From a virus, in the IMG/VR virus record IMGVR_UViG_3300042429_001107: a DNA stretch of 64,000 bases. One strand, written 5' to 3'. The notes beneath the pieces were generated by a model. The model did not search any database. It was given only the letters and a program-made list of their open reading frames with translations, and was not told the DNA's origin. Position numbers and translations under genes: made by a program. Every line of letters begins with the position of its first letter. Within the stretch, counting starts at the first letter, position 1. Shown here in pieces: positions 1 to 10,223 of the stretch.

Positions 1-1
1 A

Positions 2-3000
2 GATGGAACTTCAGGAACAGATGGTTCTAGTGGAACTTCAGGAATAGATGGAACTTCAGGAACAGATGGTTCTTCAGGAACTTCAGGAATAGATGGAACT
101 TCAGGAACAGATGGTTCTTCAGGAACTTCAGGAATAGATGGAACTTCAGGAACAGATGGTTCTAGTGGAACTTCGGGTTTAAGTGGAATAGATGGTTCTT
201 CAGGAACATCAGGTTCTAGTGGTAGCTCGGGTTCAAGTGGATCTTCGGGAACATCAGGATCTTCAGGTACTTCTGGAGTAGACGGTTCAAGTGGAACTTC
301 AGGTTCAAGTGGAACTTCGGGAATAGATGGAACTTCAGGAACAAGTGGATCATCAGGAACTTCAGGAATAGATGGCTCTTCAGGAACTTCTGGATCTAGT
401 GGAACATCAGGTTCTAGTGGAACATCAGGAACTTCAGGAATAGATGGCTCTTCAGGAACTTCTGGATCTAGTGGAACATCAGGTTCTAGCGGATCTTCAG
501 GAACATCAGGAATAGATGGTTCAAGTGGAACTTCAGGATCTTCAGGAACATCAGGATCTAGTGGAACATCAGGATCTAGCGGTTCTTCAGGAACATCAGG
601 ATCTAGTGGATCTTCAGGAACGTCAGGTTCTTCAGGAACATCAGGATCTAGTGGAACATCAGGATCTTCAGGATCTTCAGGATCAAGCGGTACATCTGGT
701 TCTTCAGGAACATCAGGATCTAGTGGATCTTCAGGAACATCAGGCTCATCAGGTTCAAGCGGTGCATCTGGATCTAGTGGAACATCAGGTTCTAGCGGAT
801 CTTCAGGAACATCAGGATCTAGTGGATCTTCAGGAACATCAGGATCTAGTGGATCTTCAGGAACATCAGGTTCAAGCGGTACATCTGGTTCTTCAGGAAC
901 ATCAGGATCTAGTGGATCTTCAGGAACATCAGGTTCAAGCGGTACATCTGGTTCTTCAGGAACATCAGGATCTAGTGGATCTTCAGGAACATCAGGTTCA
1001 AGCGGTACATCTGGTTCTTCAGGAACATCAGGATCTAGTGGATCTTCAGGAACATCAGGTTCTAGTGGATCTTCAGGAACATCAGGTTCTTCAGGAACAT
1101 CAGGATCTAGTGGAACATCAGGCTTATCAGGCTCATCAGGTTCAAGCGGTACATCTGGATCTAGTGGAACATCAGGATCTAGTGGATCTTCAGGTACAAG
1201 GGGAACCTCTGGTATATCGGGGGTTAGTGGATCTAGTGGAACTTCGGGTTCATCTGGAACATCAGGTATCTCAGGATCTAGCGGAACATCGGGTTCTTCA
1301 GGTTCAAGCGGAGTATCAGGATCTTCAGGAACTAGCGGTAGCTCAGGATCTAGCGGTTCATCAGGAACATCAGGTTCTTCAGGATCTAGCGGATCTTCAG
1401 GAACATCAGGTTCAAGTGGATCTTCAGGAACAAGCGGTAGCTCAGGAACATCAGGAATAAGCGGTAGTTCAGGTTCTTCTGGAACATCAGGTTCTAGTGG
1501 TTCTTCAGGAACTAGCGGTAGCTCAGGAACATCTGGTTCAAGTGGTACATCAGGAAGTTCAGGAACATCAGGTTCAAGTGGTTCTTCAGGAACATCAGGA
1601 TCTAGCGGAACATCAGGTTCTTCAGGAACTAGCGGTAGTTCAGGTTCAAGTGGAGCATCAGGATCTTCAGGATCTTCAGGATCTTCAGGATCTTCAGGAT
1701 CTTCAGGATCTTCAGGAACATCAGGTTCAAGTGGAACATCAGGTTCAAGTGGAACATCAGGAACATCAGGAACATCAGGATCTTCAGGAACATCAGGATC
1801 TAGTGGATCATCAGGATCATCAGGATCTTCAGGAACTAGCGGTAGTTCAGGTTCAAGTGGAGCATCAGGATCTTCAGGATCTTCAGGAACATCAGGTTCA
1901 AGTGGAACATCAGGATCTTCAGGTTCAAGTGGAACATCAGGTTCAAGTGGAACATCAGGTTCTAGTGGATCTAGTGGAGCATCTGGTTCTTCAGGATCTT
2001 CAGGAACATCAGGAACATCAGGATCTAGCGGAACATCAGGATCTAGCGGAACATCAGGTTCAAGCGGAGTATCAGGATCTTCAGGATCTAGTGGATCTTC
2101 AGGAACATCAGGTTCTTCAGGAACATCAGGTTCTAGTGGATCTTCAGGAACATCAGGTTCTAGTGGATCTTCAGGAGCATCAGGTTCTAGCGGATCTTCA
2201 GGAACATCAGGTTCTTCAGGAACATCAGGAACATCAGGTTCAAGCGGAACATCTGGATCTAGTGGAACATCAGGTTCTTCAGGAACTAGCGGTAGTTCGG
2301 GTTCAAGTGGAGCATCAGGATCTTCTGGAACATCAGGAACATCAGGTTCAAGTGGAACATCAGGATCTAGTGGATCTAGTGGATCTTCAGGTTCAAGTGG
2401 AGCATCAGGATCTTCTGGAACATCAGGAACATCAGGTTCAAGTGGAACATCAGGATCTAGTGGAACATCAGGATCTAGTGGATCTTCAGGATCTAGTGGA
2501 ACATCAGGATCTTCAGGAACATCAGGTTCAAGCGGAACATCAGGATCTAGTGGATCTTCAGGATCTAGTGGATCTTCAGGATCTAGTGGAACATCAGGAA
2601 CATCAGGATCTAGTGGAACATCAGGATCTAGTGGATCTTCAGGATCTAGTGGAACATCAGGAACTTCAGGAACTAGCGGTAGTTCAGGTTCAAGTGGAAC
2701 ATCAGGATCTTCTGGAACATCAGGAACATCAGGATCAAGTGGAACATCAGGATCTTCAGGATCAAGTGGAACATCAGGATCTAGTGGATCTTCAGGAACA
2801 TCAGGTTCAAGTGGAACATCAGGTTCTTCAGGAACATCAGGATCTAGTGGTTCTTCAGGAACTAGTGGAACTTCTGGTAGCTCAGGTTCAAGTGGAGCAT
2901 CAGGATCTTCAGGATCTTCAGGATCTTCAGGAACATCAGGTTCAAGTGGAACTTCTGGTAGTTCAGGTTCAAGTGGAACATCAGGATCTAGTGGATCTTC

Positions 3001-6000
3001 AGGATCTTCAGGAACATCAGGTTCAAGTGGAACATCAGGATCTAGTGGATCTTCAGGAACATCAGGTTCAAGTGGAACATCAGGTTCAAGTGGAACATCA
3101 GGATCTAGTGGTTCTTCAGGAACTAGTGGAACTTCTGGTAGCTCGGGTTCTAGTGGTTCATCAGGAACATCAGGTTCAAGCGGATCTTCAGGAACATCAG
3201 GAACATCAGGTTCAAGCGGAACATCAGGATCTAGTGGTTCTTCAGGAACTAGTGGAACTTCTGGTAGTTCAGGTTCAAGTGGAACATCAGGATCTAGTGG
3301 AACATCAGGATCTTCAGGAACATCTGGAACATCAGGATCTAGTGGAACATCAGGTTCTTCGGGAACATCAGGTTCTTCGGGTTCTTCAGGAACATCAGGT
3401 TCTAGTGGATCTAGTGGATCTTCAGGAACATCAGGATCTTCAGGAACATCAGGAACATCAGGTTCAAGTGGAACATCAGGAACATCAGGATCAAGCGGAA
3501 CATCAGGATCTAGTGGATCTAGTGGATCTTCAGGATCTTCAGGATCTTCAGGAACATCAGGATCTAGTGGAACATCAGGATCTAGTGGAACATCAGGATC
3601 TTCAGGAACATCGGGAACATCAGGATCTAGTGGAACATCAGGATCTTCAGGAACATCTGGAACATCAGGATCTAGTGGAACATCAGGTTCTAGTGGATCT
3701 AGTGGATCTTCAGGAACATCAGGTTCAAGTGGAACATCAGGAACATCAGGATCAAGCGGAACATCAGGATCTAGTGGATCTAGTGGATCTTCAGGATCTT
3801 CAGGATCTTCAGGAACATCAGGATCTAGTGGAACATCAGGATCTAGTGGAACATCAGGATCTAGTGGATCTAGTGGAACATCAGGTTCAAGTGGAACATC
3901 AGGATCTAGTGGTTCTTCAGGAACTAGTGGAACTTCTGGTATATCAGGAGTTAATGGAACAAGTGGGACATCAGGCTCATCAGGAACTAGCGGTAGCTCA
4001 GGAACATCAGGTTCTTCCGGTTCTTCAGGGACTTCAGGATCTAGTGGAACATCAGGAACATCAGGAACATCAGGTTCTTCAGGAACATCAGGATCTAGTG
4101 GAACATCAGGATCTTCAGGAACTAGCGGTAGTTCAGGTTCAAGTGGAACATCAGGATCTAGTGGATCTAGTGGAACATCAGGATCTAGTGGAACATCAGG
4201 ATCTAGTGGAACATCAGGTTCAAGTGGATCTTCAGGATCTTCAGGAACATCGGGTTCAAGTGGAACATCAGGATCTAGCGGATCTAGTGGAACATCAGGA
4301 TCTAGTGGAACATCAGGTTCTTCAGGAACATCAGGAACATCAGGATCTAGTGGAACATCAGGATCTTCAGGAACTAGCGGTAGTTCAGGTTCAAGTGGAA
4401 CATCAGGATCTAGTGGATCTAGTGGAACATCAGGATCTAGTGGAACATCAGGATCTAGTGGAACATCAGGTTCAAGTGGATCTTCAGGATCTTCAGGAAC
4501 ATCGGGTTCAAGTGGAACATCAGGATCTAGCGGATCTAGTGGAACATCAGGATCTAGTGGAACATCAGGTTCTTCAGGAACATCAGGAACATCAGGATCT
4601 AGTGGAACATCAGGATCTTCAGGAACTAGCGGTAGTTCAGGTTCAAGTGGAACATCAGGATCTAGTGGATCTAGTGGAACATCAGGATCTAGCGGAACAT
4701 CAGGAACATCAGGTTCAAGTGGATCTTCAGGAACATCAGGATCTAGTGGAACATCAGGTTCTTCAGGAACATCAGGTTCAAGTGGTTCTTCAGGAACATC
4801 AGGTTCAAGTGGTTCTTCAGGAACATCAGGTTCAAGTGGTTCTTCAGGAACATCAGGTTCAAGTGGTTCTTCAGGATCTAGTGGATCTTCAGGAAAATCA
4901 GGATCTAGTGGAACATCAGGATCAAGTGGAACATCAGGAACATCAGGTTCTAGTGGATCTTCAGGAACATCAGGATCTAGTGGAACATCAGGATCAAGTG
5001 GAACATCAGGAACATCAGGTTCTAGTGGATCTTCAGGAACATCAGGATCTAGTGGAACATCAGGATCAAGTGGAACATCAGGAACATCAGGTTCTAGTGG
5101 ATCTAGTGGAACATCAGGATCTAGTGGAACATCAGGATCTTCAGGAACATCAGGATCTTCAGGTTCAAGTGGAACATCAGGATCTTCAGGTTCAAGTGGA
5201 ACATCAGGATCTTCAGGTTCAAGTGGAACATCAGGATCTTCAGGTTCAAGTGGAACATCAGGATCTTCAGGAACATCAGGTTCTAGTGGAACATCAGGAA
5301 CATCAGGTTCTAGTGGATCTTCAGGAACATCAGGTTCTTCAGGAACATCAGGTTCAAGTGGATCTTCAGGAACATCAGGTTCTAGTGGAACATCAGGTTC
5401 TTCAGGAACATCAGGATCTTCAGGTTCAAGTGGATCTTCAGGAACATCAGGTTCTAGTGGAACATCAGGAACATCAGGTTCTAGTGGATCTTCAGGAACA
5501 TCAGGTTCTTCAGGAACATCAGGTTCAAGTGGATCTTCAGGAACATCAGGTTCTAGTGGAACATCAGGTTCTTCAGGAACATCAGGATCTTCAGGAACAT
5601 CAGGATCTTCAGGTTCAAGTGGATCTTCAGGAACATCAGGAACATCAGGATCTTCAGGAACATCAGGATCTTCAGGAACATCAGGATCTTCAGGAACATC
5701 AGGTTCTTCAGGTTCAAGTGGATCTTCAGGAACATCAGGTTCTAGTGGAACATCAGGATCCAGTGGATCTAGTGGATCTAGTGGTTCTTCAGGTTCTAGT
5801 GGTAGATCAGGATCTTCAGGAACATCAGGTTCTAGTGGAACATCAGGATCTTCAGGAACATCAGGATCTTCAGGATCTTCAGGAACATCAGGATCTTCCG
5901 GAACTAGCGGTAGCTCAGGATCTAGTGGAACATCAGGAACATCAGGAACATCAGGAACATCAGGATCTTCAGGAACATCAGGATCTTCAGGTTCAAGTGG

Positions 6001-9000
6001 ATCTTCAGGAACATCAGGAACATCAGGAACTAGCGGTAGCTCAGGATCTAGTGGAACATCAGGAACATCAGGATCTAGTGGATCTTCAGGAACATCAGGA
6101 TCTTCAGGAACATCAGGATCTTCAGGTTCAAGTGGATCTTCAGGAACATCAGGAACATCAGGAACTAGCGGTAGCTCAGGATCTAGTGGAACATCAGGAA
6201 CATCAGGATCTAGTGGATCTTCAGGAACATCAGGATCTTCAGGAACATCAGGTTCTAGTGGAACAAGTGGATCTTCAGGAACATCAGGTTCTAGTGGATC
6301 TTCGGGAACATCAGGATCTAGTGGAACATCAGGATCTTCAGGATCTTCAGGAACATCAGGATCTTCAGGATCTAGTGGAACATCAGGAACATCAGGTTCA
6401 AGTGGATCTTCAGGATCTAGTGGATCTTCAGGAAAATCAGGATCAAGTGGAACATCAGGTTCTAGTGGAACAAGTGGATCTTCAGGAACATCAGGTTCAA
6501 GTGGATCTTCAGGAACATCAGGTTCTTCCGGTTCTTCAGGGACTTCAGGATCTAGTGGAACATCAGGAACATCAGGATCTAGTGGAACAAGTGGATCTTC
6601 AGGAACATCAGGATCTAGTGGTTCTTCAGGAACATCAGGATCTTCAGGATCTAGTGGATCTTCAGGAACATCAGGATCTAGTGGTTCTTCAGGAACATCA
6701 GGTTCTAGCGGAACATCAGGATCTAGCGGAACATCAGGTTCAAGTGGATCTTCAGGAACATCAGGTTCAAGTGGATCTTCAGGAACATCAGGTTCTAGTG
6801 GAACATCAGGATCTAGTGGAACATCAGGATCTTCAGGATCTTCGGGAACATCAGGATCTTCAGGAACATCAGGATCTTCAGGTTCAAGTGGATCTTCAGG
6901 AACATCAGGTTCTAGTGGAACATCAGGATCTAGTGGAACATCAGGATCTAGTGGATCTAGTGGTTCTTCAGGTTCTAGTGGTAGATCAGGATCTTCAGGA
7001 ACATCAGGATCTAGTGGAACATCAGGATCTTCAGGATCTTCGGGAACATCAGGATCTTCAGGAACATCAGGAACATCAGGATCTTCAGGTTCAAGTGGAT
7101 CTTCAGGAACATCAGGTTCTAGTGGAACATCAGGATCTTCAGGAACATCAGGATCTAGTGGTTCTAGTGGAACATCAGGATCTAGTGGATCTTCAGGAAC
7201 ATCAGGATCTTCAGGAACATCAGGATCTAGTGGAACATCAGGATCTTCAGGAACATCAGGATCTAGTGGTTCTAGTGGAACATCAGGATCTAGTGGAACA
7301 TCAGGATCTAGTGGATCTAGTGGTTCTAGTGGAACATCAGGATCTAGTGGAACATCAGGATCTAGTGGATCTAGTGGTTCTAGTGGTAAATCAGGATCTT
7401 CAGGAACATCAGGATCTAGTGGAACATCAGGATCTTCAGGAACATCAGGATCTAGTGGTTCTAGTGGAACATCAGGAGCTTCAGGTTCAAGTGGATCTTC
7501 AGGATCTTCAGGAACATCAGGATCTTCAGGAACATCAGGATCTAGTGGTTCTAGTGGAACATCAGGATCTAGTGGAACATCAGGATCTTCAGGAACATCA
7601 GGATCTAGTGGATCTTCAGGATCTTCAGGAACATCAGGATCTAGTGGAACATCAGGATCTAGTGGTTCTAGTGGAACATCAGGAGCTTCAGGAGCTTCAG
7701 GTTCAAGTGGATCTTCAGGATCTTCAGGAACATCTGGATCTAGTGGAACATCAGGAGCTTCAGGAGCTTCAGGTTCAAGTGGATCTTCAGGATCTTCAGG
7801 AACATCTGGATCTAGTGGAACATCAGGAGCTTCAGGAGCTTCAGGATCTAGTGGATCTTCAGGATCTTCAGGAACATCTGGATCTAGTGGAACATCAGGA
7901 TCTAGTGGTTCTAGTGGAACATCAGGAGCTTCAGGAGCTTCAGGTTCAAGTGGATCTTCAGGATCTTCAGGAACATCTGGATCTAGTGGAACATCAGGAG
8001 CTTCAGGAGCTTCAGGTTCAAGTGGATCTTCAGGATCTTCAGGAACATCTGGATCTAGTGGAACATCAGGAGCTTCAGGAGCTTCAGGATCTAGTGGATC
8101 TTCAGGATCTTCAGGAACATCTGGATCTAGTGGAACATCAGGAGCTTCAGGAGCTTCAGGTTCAAGTGGATCTTCAGGATCTTCAGGAACATCAGGATCT
8201 AGTGGAACATCAGGAGCTTCAGGAGCTTCAGGTTCAAGTGGATCTTCAGGATCTTCAGGAACATCAGGATCTAGTGGAACAAGTGGTAGCTCAGGAACAT
8301 CAGGTTCAAGTGGTTCAAGTGGAACATCAGGAGCTTCAGGTTCAAGTGGATCTTCAGGATCTTCAGGAACATCAGGATCTAGTGGAACAAGTGGTAGCTC
8401 AGGAACATCAGGTTCAAGTGGTTCAAGTGGATCTTCAGGAACAAGTGGTTCTAGTGGTTCTTCAGGTTCTAGTGGTAGATCAGGATCTTCAGGAACATCA
8501 GGATCTAGTGGAACATCAGGAATAGACGGAACTTCAGGAACTGATGGAAGATGGGGTAGTGATGGTTCAAATAGTGGAAGATGGTATAATGATGGAAGTT
8601 CTCCTGCACCTGCCAGTCCAAGTGGAGGAACCTTTGTTACGGATACACAAGTAATATCAACAATTTCATTGATTTCTATTAATATTTACGATATTAACAC
8701 AACCGATTATTACGATTGGCTTAAAGCTTTATCAGATTTAAGAACCGCAGGAAATAGAGGTTATCTACAAATAACAGAAGTAGGTAATAATAGTGTAATT
8801 GGAATCTATACTATTGGAAATAGAACAGATCATACTTCATATTGGGATATAGGCCTTACTTTTGTCACTGGTTCAGGTAATTTAACTGATGGTGGTCTTC
8901 ATACTGTTTCGTGGGTCTTTAATGGAACGAATGGATCTTCAGGAACATCAGGAGCTTCGGGAGCAAGCGGATCTTCAGGATCCTCAGGTTCTAGTGGAAC

Positions 9001-9694
9001 AAGTGGTAGCTCAGGAACATCAGGATCTAGTGGAACATCAGGATCTTCAGGAACATCAGGATCTTCAGGATCTAGTGGTTCTTCAGGTTCTAGCGGTAGA
9101 TCTGGTTCTTCTGGAACATCCGGATCTAGTGGAACATCAGGATCTTCAGGAACATCAGGATCACTTACAGTAACAGGGTCAACCGATAACGGTGTTATAA
9201 CTCTCAATGGAGCATCTCCAAATGTTGCTGTTGAATCAAATTTAACTTTTAATGCAACAGGTAATGTCTTTACAGTTAACGGTTCAATGGTTAATACACA
9301 TAGCCCAGCTACCCAATTAAGTGCTACTGGTGGATATGGTGATATTGTAACATTTGGTTCTGGATCTTTAACTGCTGGAAAAGTTTATTACTTCGGTTCT
9401 ACTGGAACATGGTTTGAAACAGATGCTGATGGAGCTTCAACAGCTACAGGAATGTTAGGAGTTGCTTTAAGTACAACTGCTGCTGGTGGACTTTTAGTTA
9501 GAGGTTATGCTAAAAGTATCCAATACTATACGGGAGCAACAGGAGCAATACTTTACTTATCCGGAACAGGAGGAGAAATCACTACAACTGCGCCAGCAGG
9601 AGCTTCAGATATTGTGAGAATAATTGGTTACCAAATAGATGGAGCAAATGATATAATTTACTTTAATCCTTCAAATGATTGGGTGGAAATTTAA
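2..9694 (+). CDS. Giant Gly-X-Y (GSS/GTS) collagen-like virion fibre protein, 5'-truncated (>3230 aa), with globular C-terminal domain (possible capsid cement/decoration-like anchor)
   Basis: Frame +2 reads DGTSGTDGSSGTSGID... from base 2 and is in frame with ORF 8669..9694. The junction 8522-8668 translates openly (IDGTSGTDGRWGSDGSNSGRWYNDG...TISL). The C-terminus has GAILYLSGTGGEITTTAP...IVRIIGY...IYFNPSNDWVEI. Confidence 0.9.
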   Translation, partial: DGTSGTDGSSGTSGIDGTSGTDGSSGTSGIDGTSGTDGSSGTSGIDGTSGTDGSSGTSGLSGIDGSSGTSGSSGSSGSSGSSGTSGSSGTSGVDGSSGTSGSSGTSGIDGTSGTSGSSGTSGIDGSSGTSGSSGTSGSSGTSGTSGIDGSSGTSGSSGTSGSSGSSGTSGIDGSSGTSGSSGTSGSSGTSGSSGSSGTSGSSGSSGTSGSSGTSGSSGTSGSSGSSGSSGTSGSSGTSGSSGSSGTSGSSGSSGASGSSGTSGSSGSSGTSGSSGSSGTSGSSGSSGTSGSSGTSGSSGTSGSSGSSGTSGSSGTSGSSGTSGSSGSSGTSGSSGTSGSSGTSGSSGSSGTSGSSGSSGTSGSSGTSGSSGTSGLSGSSGSSGTSGSSGTSGSSGSSGTRGTSGISGVSGSSGTSGSSGTSGISGSSGTSGSSGSSGVSGSSGTSGSSGSSGSSGTSGSSGSSGSSGTSGSSGSSGTSGSSGTSGISGSSGSSGTSGSSGSSGTSGSSGTSGSSGTSGSSGTSGSSGSSGTSGSSGTSGSSGTSGSSGSSGASGSSGSSGSSGSSGSSGSSGTSGSSGTSGSSGTSGTSGTSGSSGTSGSSGSSGSSGSSGTSGSSGSSGASGSSGSSGTSGSSGTSGSSGSSGTSGSSGTSGSSGSSGASGSSGSSGTSGTSGSSGTSGSSGTSGSSGVSGSSGSSGSSGTSGSSGTSGSSGSSGTSGSSGSSGASGSSGSSGTSGSSGTSGTSGSSGTSGSSGTSGSSGTSGSSGSSGASGSSGTSGTSGSSGTSGSSGSSGSSGSSGASGSSGTSGTSGSSGTSGSSGTSGSSGSSGSSGTSGSSGTSGSSGTSGSSGSSGSSGSSGSSGTSGTSGSSGTSGSSGSSGSSGTSGTSGTSGSSGSSGTSGSSGTSGTSGSSGTSGSSGSSGTSGSSGSSGTSGSSGTSGSSGTSGSSGSSGTSGTSGSSGSSGASGSSGSSGSSGTSGSSGTSGSSGSSGTSGSSGSSGSSGTSGSSGTSGSSGSSGTSGSSGTSGSSGTSGSSGSSGTSGTSGSSGSSGSSGTSGSSGSSGTSGTSGSSGTSGSSGSSGTSGTSGSSGSSGTSGSSGTSGSSGTSGTSGSSGTSGSSGTSGSSGSSGTSGSSGSSGSSGTSGSSGTSGTSGSSGTSGTSGSSGTSGSSGSSGSSGSSGSSGTSGSSGTSGSSGTSGSSGTSGTSGSSGTSGSSGTSGTSGSSGTSGSSGSSGSSGTSGSSGTSGTSGSSGTSGSSGSSGSSGSSGSSGTSGSSGTSGSSGTSGSSGSSGTSGSSGTSGSSGSSGTSGTSGISGVNGTSGTSGSSGTSGSSGTSGSSGSSGTSGSSGTSGTSGTSGSSGTSGSSGTSGSSGTSGSSGSSGTSGSSGSSGTSGSSGTSGSSGTSGSSGSSGSSGTSGSSGTSGSSGSSGTSGSSGTSGSSGTSGTSGSSGTSGSSGTSGSSGSSGTSGSSGSSGTSGSSGTSGSSGTSGSSGSSGSSGTSGSSGTSGSSGSSGTSGSSGTSGSSGTSGTSGSSGTSGSSGTSGSSGSSGTSGSSGSSGTSGSSGTSGTSGSSGSSGTSGSSGTSGSSGTSGSSGSSGTSGSSGSSGTSGSSGSSGTSGSSGSSGSSGSSGKSGSSGTSGSSGTSGTSGSSGSSGTSGSSGTSGSSGTSGTSGSSGSSGTSGSSGTSGSSGTSGTSGSSGSSGTSGSSGTSGSSGTSGSSGSSGTSGSSGSSGTSGSSGSSGTSGSSGSSGTSGSSGTSGSSGTSGTSGSSGSSGTSGSSGTSGSSGSSGTSGSSGTSGSSGTSGSSGSSGSSGTSGSSGTSGTSGSSGSSGTSGSSGTSGSSGSSGTSGSSGTSGSSGTSGSSGTSGSSGSSGSSGTSGTSGSSGTSGSSGTSGSSGTSGSSGSSGSSGTSGSSGTSGSSGSSGSSGSSGSSGRSGSSGTSGSSGTSGSSGTSGSSGSSGTSGSSGTSGSSGSSGTSGTSGTSGTSGSSGTSGSSGSSGSSGTSGTSGTSGSSGSSGTSGTSGSSGSSGTSGSSGTSGSSGSSGSSGTSGTSGTSGSSGSSGTSGTSGSSGSSGTSGSSGTSGSSGTSGSSGTSGSSGSSGTSGSSGTSGSSGSSGTSGSSGSSGTSGTSGSSGSSGSSGSSGKSGSSGTSGSSGTSGSSGTSGSSGSSGTSGSSGSSGTSGSSGTSGTSGSSGTSGSSGTSGSSGSSGTSGSSGSSGSSGTSGSSGSSGTSGSSGTSGSSGTSGSSGSSGTSGSSGSSGTSGSSGTSGSSGTSGSSGSSGTSGSSGTSGSSGSSGSSGTSGSSGTSGSSGTSGSSGSSGSSGSSGRSGSSGTSGSSGTSGSSGSSGTSGSSGTSGTSGSSGSSGSSGTSGSSGTSGSSGTSGSSGSSGTSGSSGSSGTSGSSGTSGSSGTSGSSGTSGSSGSSGTSGSSGTSGSSGSSGSSGTSGSSGTSGSSGSSGSSGKSGSSGTSGSSGTSGSSGTSGSSGSSGTSGASGSSGSSGSSGTSGSSGTSGSSGSSGTSGSSGTSGSSGTSGSSGSSGSSGTSGSSGTSGSSGSSGTSGASGASGSSGSSGSSGTSGSSGTSGASGASGSSGSSGSSGTSGSSGTSGASGASGSSGSSGSSGTSGSSGTSGSSGSSGTSGASGASGSSGSSGSSGTSGSSGTSGASGASGSSGSSGSSGTSGSSGTSGASGASGSSGSSGSSGTSGSSGTSGASGASGSSGSSGSSGTSGSSGTSGASGASGSSGSSGSSGTSGSSGTSGSSGTSGSSGSSGTSGASGSSGSSGSSGTSGSSGTSGSSGTSGSSGSSGSSGTSGSSGSSGSSGRSGSSGTSGSSGTSGIDGTSGTDGRWGSDGSNSGRWYNDGSSPAPASPSGGTFVTDTQVISTISLISINIYDINTTDYYDWLKALSDLRTAGNRGYLQITEVGNNSVIGIYTIGNRTDHTSYWDIGLTFVTGSGNLTDGGLHTVSWVFNGTNGSSGTSGASGASGSSGSSGSSGTSGSSGTSGSSGTSGSSGTSGSSGSSGSSGSSGRSGSSGTSGSSGTSGSSGTSGSLTVTGSTDNGVITLNGASPNVAVESNLTFNATGNVFTVNGSMVNTHSPATQLSATGGYGDIVTFGSGSLTAGKVYYFGSTGTWFETDADGASTATGMLGVALSTTAAGGLLVRGYAKSIQYYTGATGAILYLSGTGGEITTTAPAGASDIVRIIGYQIDGANDIIYFNPSNDWVEI
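5..8572 (+). repeat. 9-bp-period Gly-X-Y coding repeat (952 triplets by length) with higher-order units of 45, 63, 72, 243 and 252 bp
   Basis: Gly codons at 5, 3965, 7682 and 8564 all fall at position mod 9 = 5. Markers recur at 1/46/91/136 (45 bp), 875/938/1001 (63 bp), 4121/4373/4625 (252 bp) and 7682/7754/7826, 7925/7997/8069/8141/8213 (72 bp). Confidence 0.95.
8924..9166 (+). repeat. Second Gly-X-Y block (27 triplets) between two globular domains of the fibre
   Basis: GTNGSSGTSGASGASGSS...GTSGSL in the 8669..9694 translation. Confidence 0.9.
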
Positions 9695-9703
9695 TAAATA
9701 ATA

Positions 9704-9711
9704 GATAAATA
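9704..9711 (+). promoter_or_regulatory. Late-type promoter variant GATAAATA
   Basis: 4 nt upstream of ATG 9716; one mismatch to the recurrent GATATATA and one to T4 late TATAAATA. Confidence 0.5.
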
Positions 9712-9715
9712 AATT

Positions 9716-10222
9716 ATGATTGCTAAAATAAGTGGAGTCACATTCAATCCACCCAGAACTACTGGTCAAACAACAGCCTATGCATCTAGTACAGCTGAGA
9801 GAGTAGTGAATTCGGTTATTATTCCTGGAGGTTCTCTCCGAAATGATGATCATCTAGGAATAGATTCGAGAGTAATTAAATCAGGAGCGTTTGGAACTGT
9901 TACTGTGAGAATAAGAATAGGTACAGTCGCTAATACATCTCAAACATTAGTTGCAACTTATACTTCCAGTTCGGCTGCACATACTTATGTTCCAATAATG
10001 AGAAGATTATTATTATATAATGTAGCTAGTTCCACCTATGTTTTTACAGCAGCTACATCAAATTCATGGGATTATGCAGGACCATCTATAGGATGGCAAA
10101 ACTTAACAACTATAGATTGGGCATCAGATCAATATATCATCATAACAACACAATGTGTAAGTGCTTCGGATACAATATATTGTCCTTATATAATAACAGA
10201 TTTTCAAGCAGCAGTAAGATAA
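9716..10222 (+). CDS. Fibre-associated beta-rich protein, paralogue 1 of 3
   Basis: 168 aa, Thr/Ser-rich; shares KISG, V-x-[IV]-[PA], IKSGA and late W..Y[IFL] pattern with the next two ORFs. Confidence 0.75.
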   Translation: MIAKISGVTFNPPRTTGQTTAYASSTAERVVNSVIIPGGSLRNDDHLGIDSRVIKSGAFGTVTVRIRIGTVANTSQTLVATYTSSSAAHTYVPIMRRLLLYNVASSTYVFTAATSNSWDYAGPSIGWQNLTTIDWASDQYIIITTQCVSASDTIYCPYIITDFQAAVR

Positions 10223-10223
10223 T

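Noticed and set aside
516-8525. ORFs 516..1460 and 1497..8525 (QEH/DLV-rich, 314 and 2342 aa) and 8889..9173
   Set aside because: Frame +3 shadows of the Gly-X-Y repeat. They stay open only because the few codons used rarely create stops. Frame +2 is continuous with a normal globular C-terminus.
1-8572. CRISPR array or non-coding satellite
   Set aside because: No constant repeat with unique spacers; strict 9-bp codon-phased periodicity indicates protein coding
5553-9207. Minus-strand ORFs 5553..5735 and 8899..9207 (MFLKIL and PDVPED repeats)
   Set aside because: Antisense shadows of the same repeat
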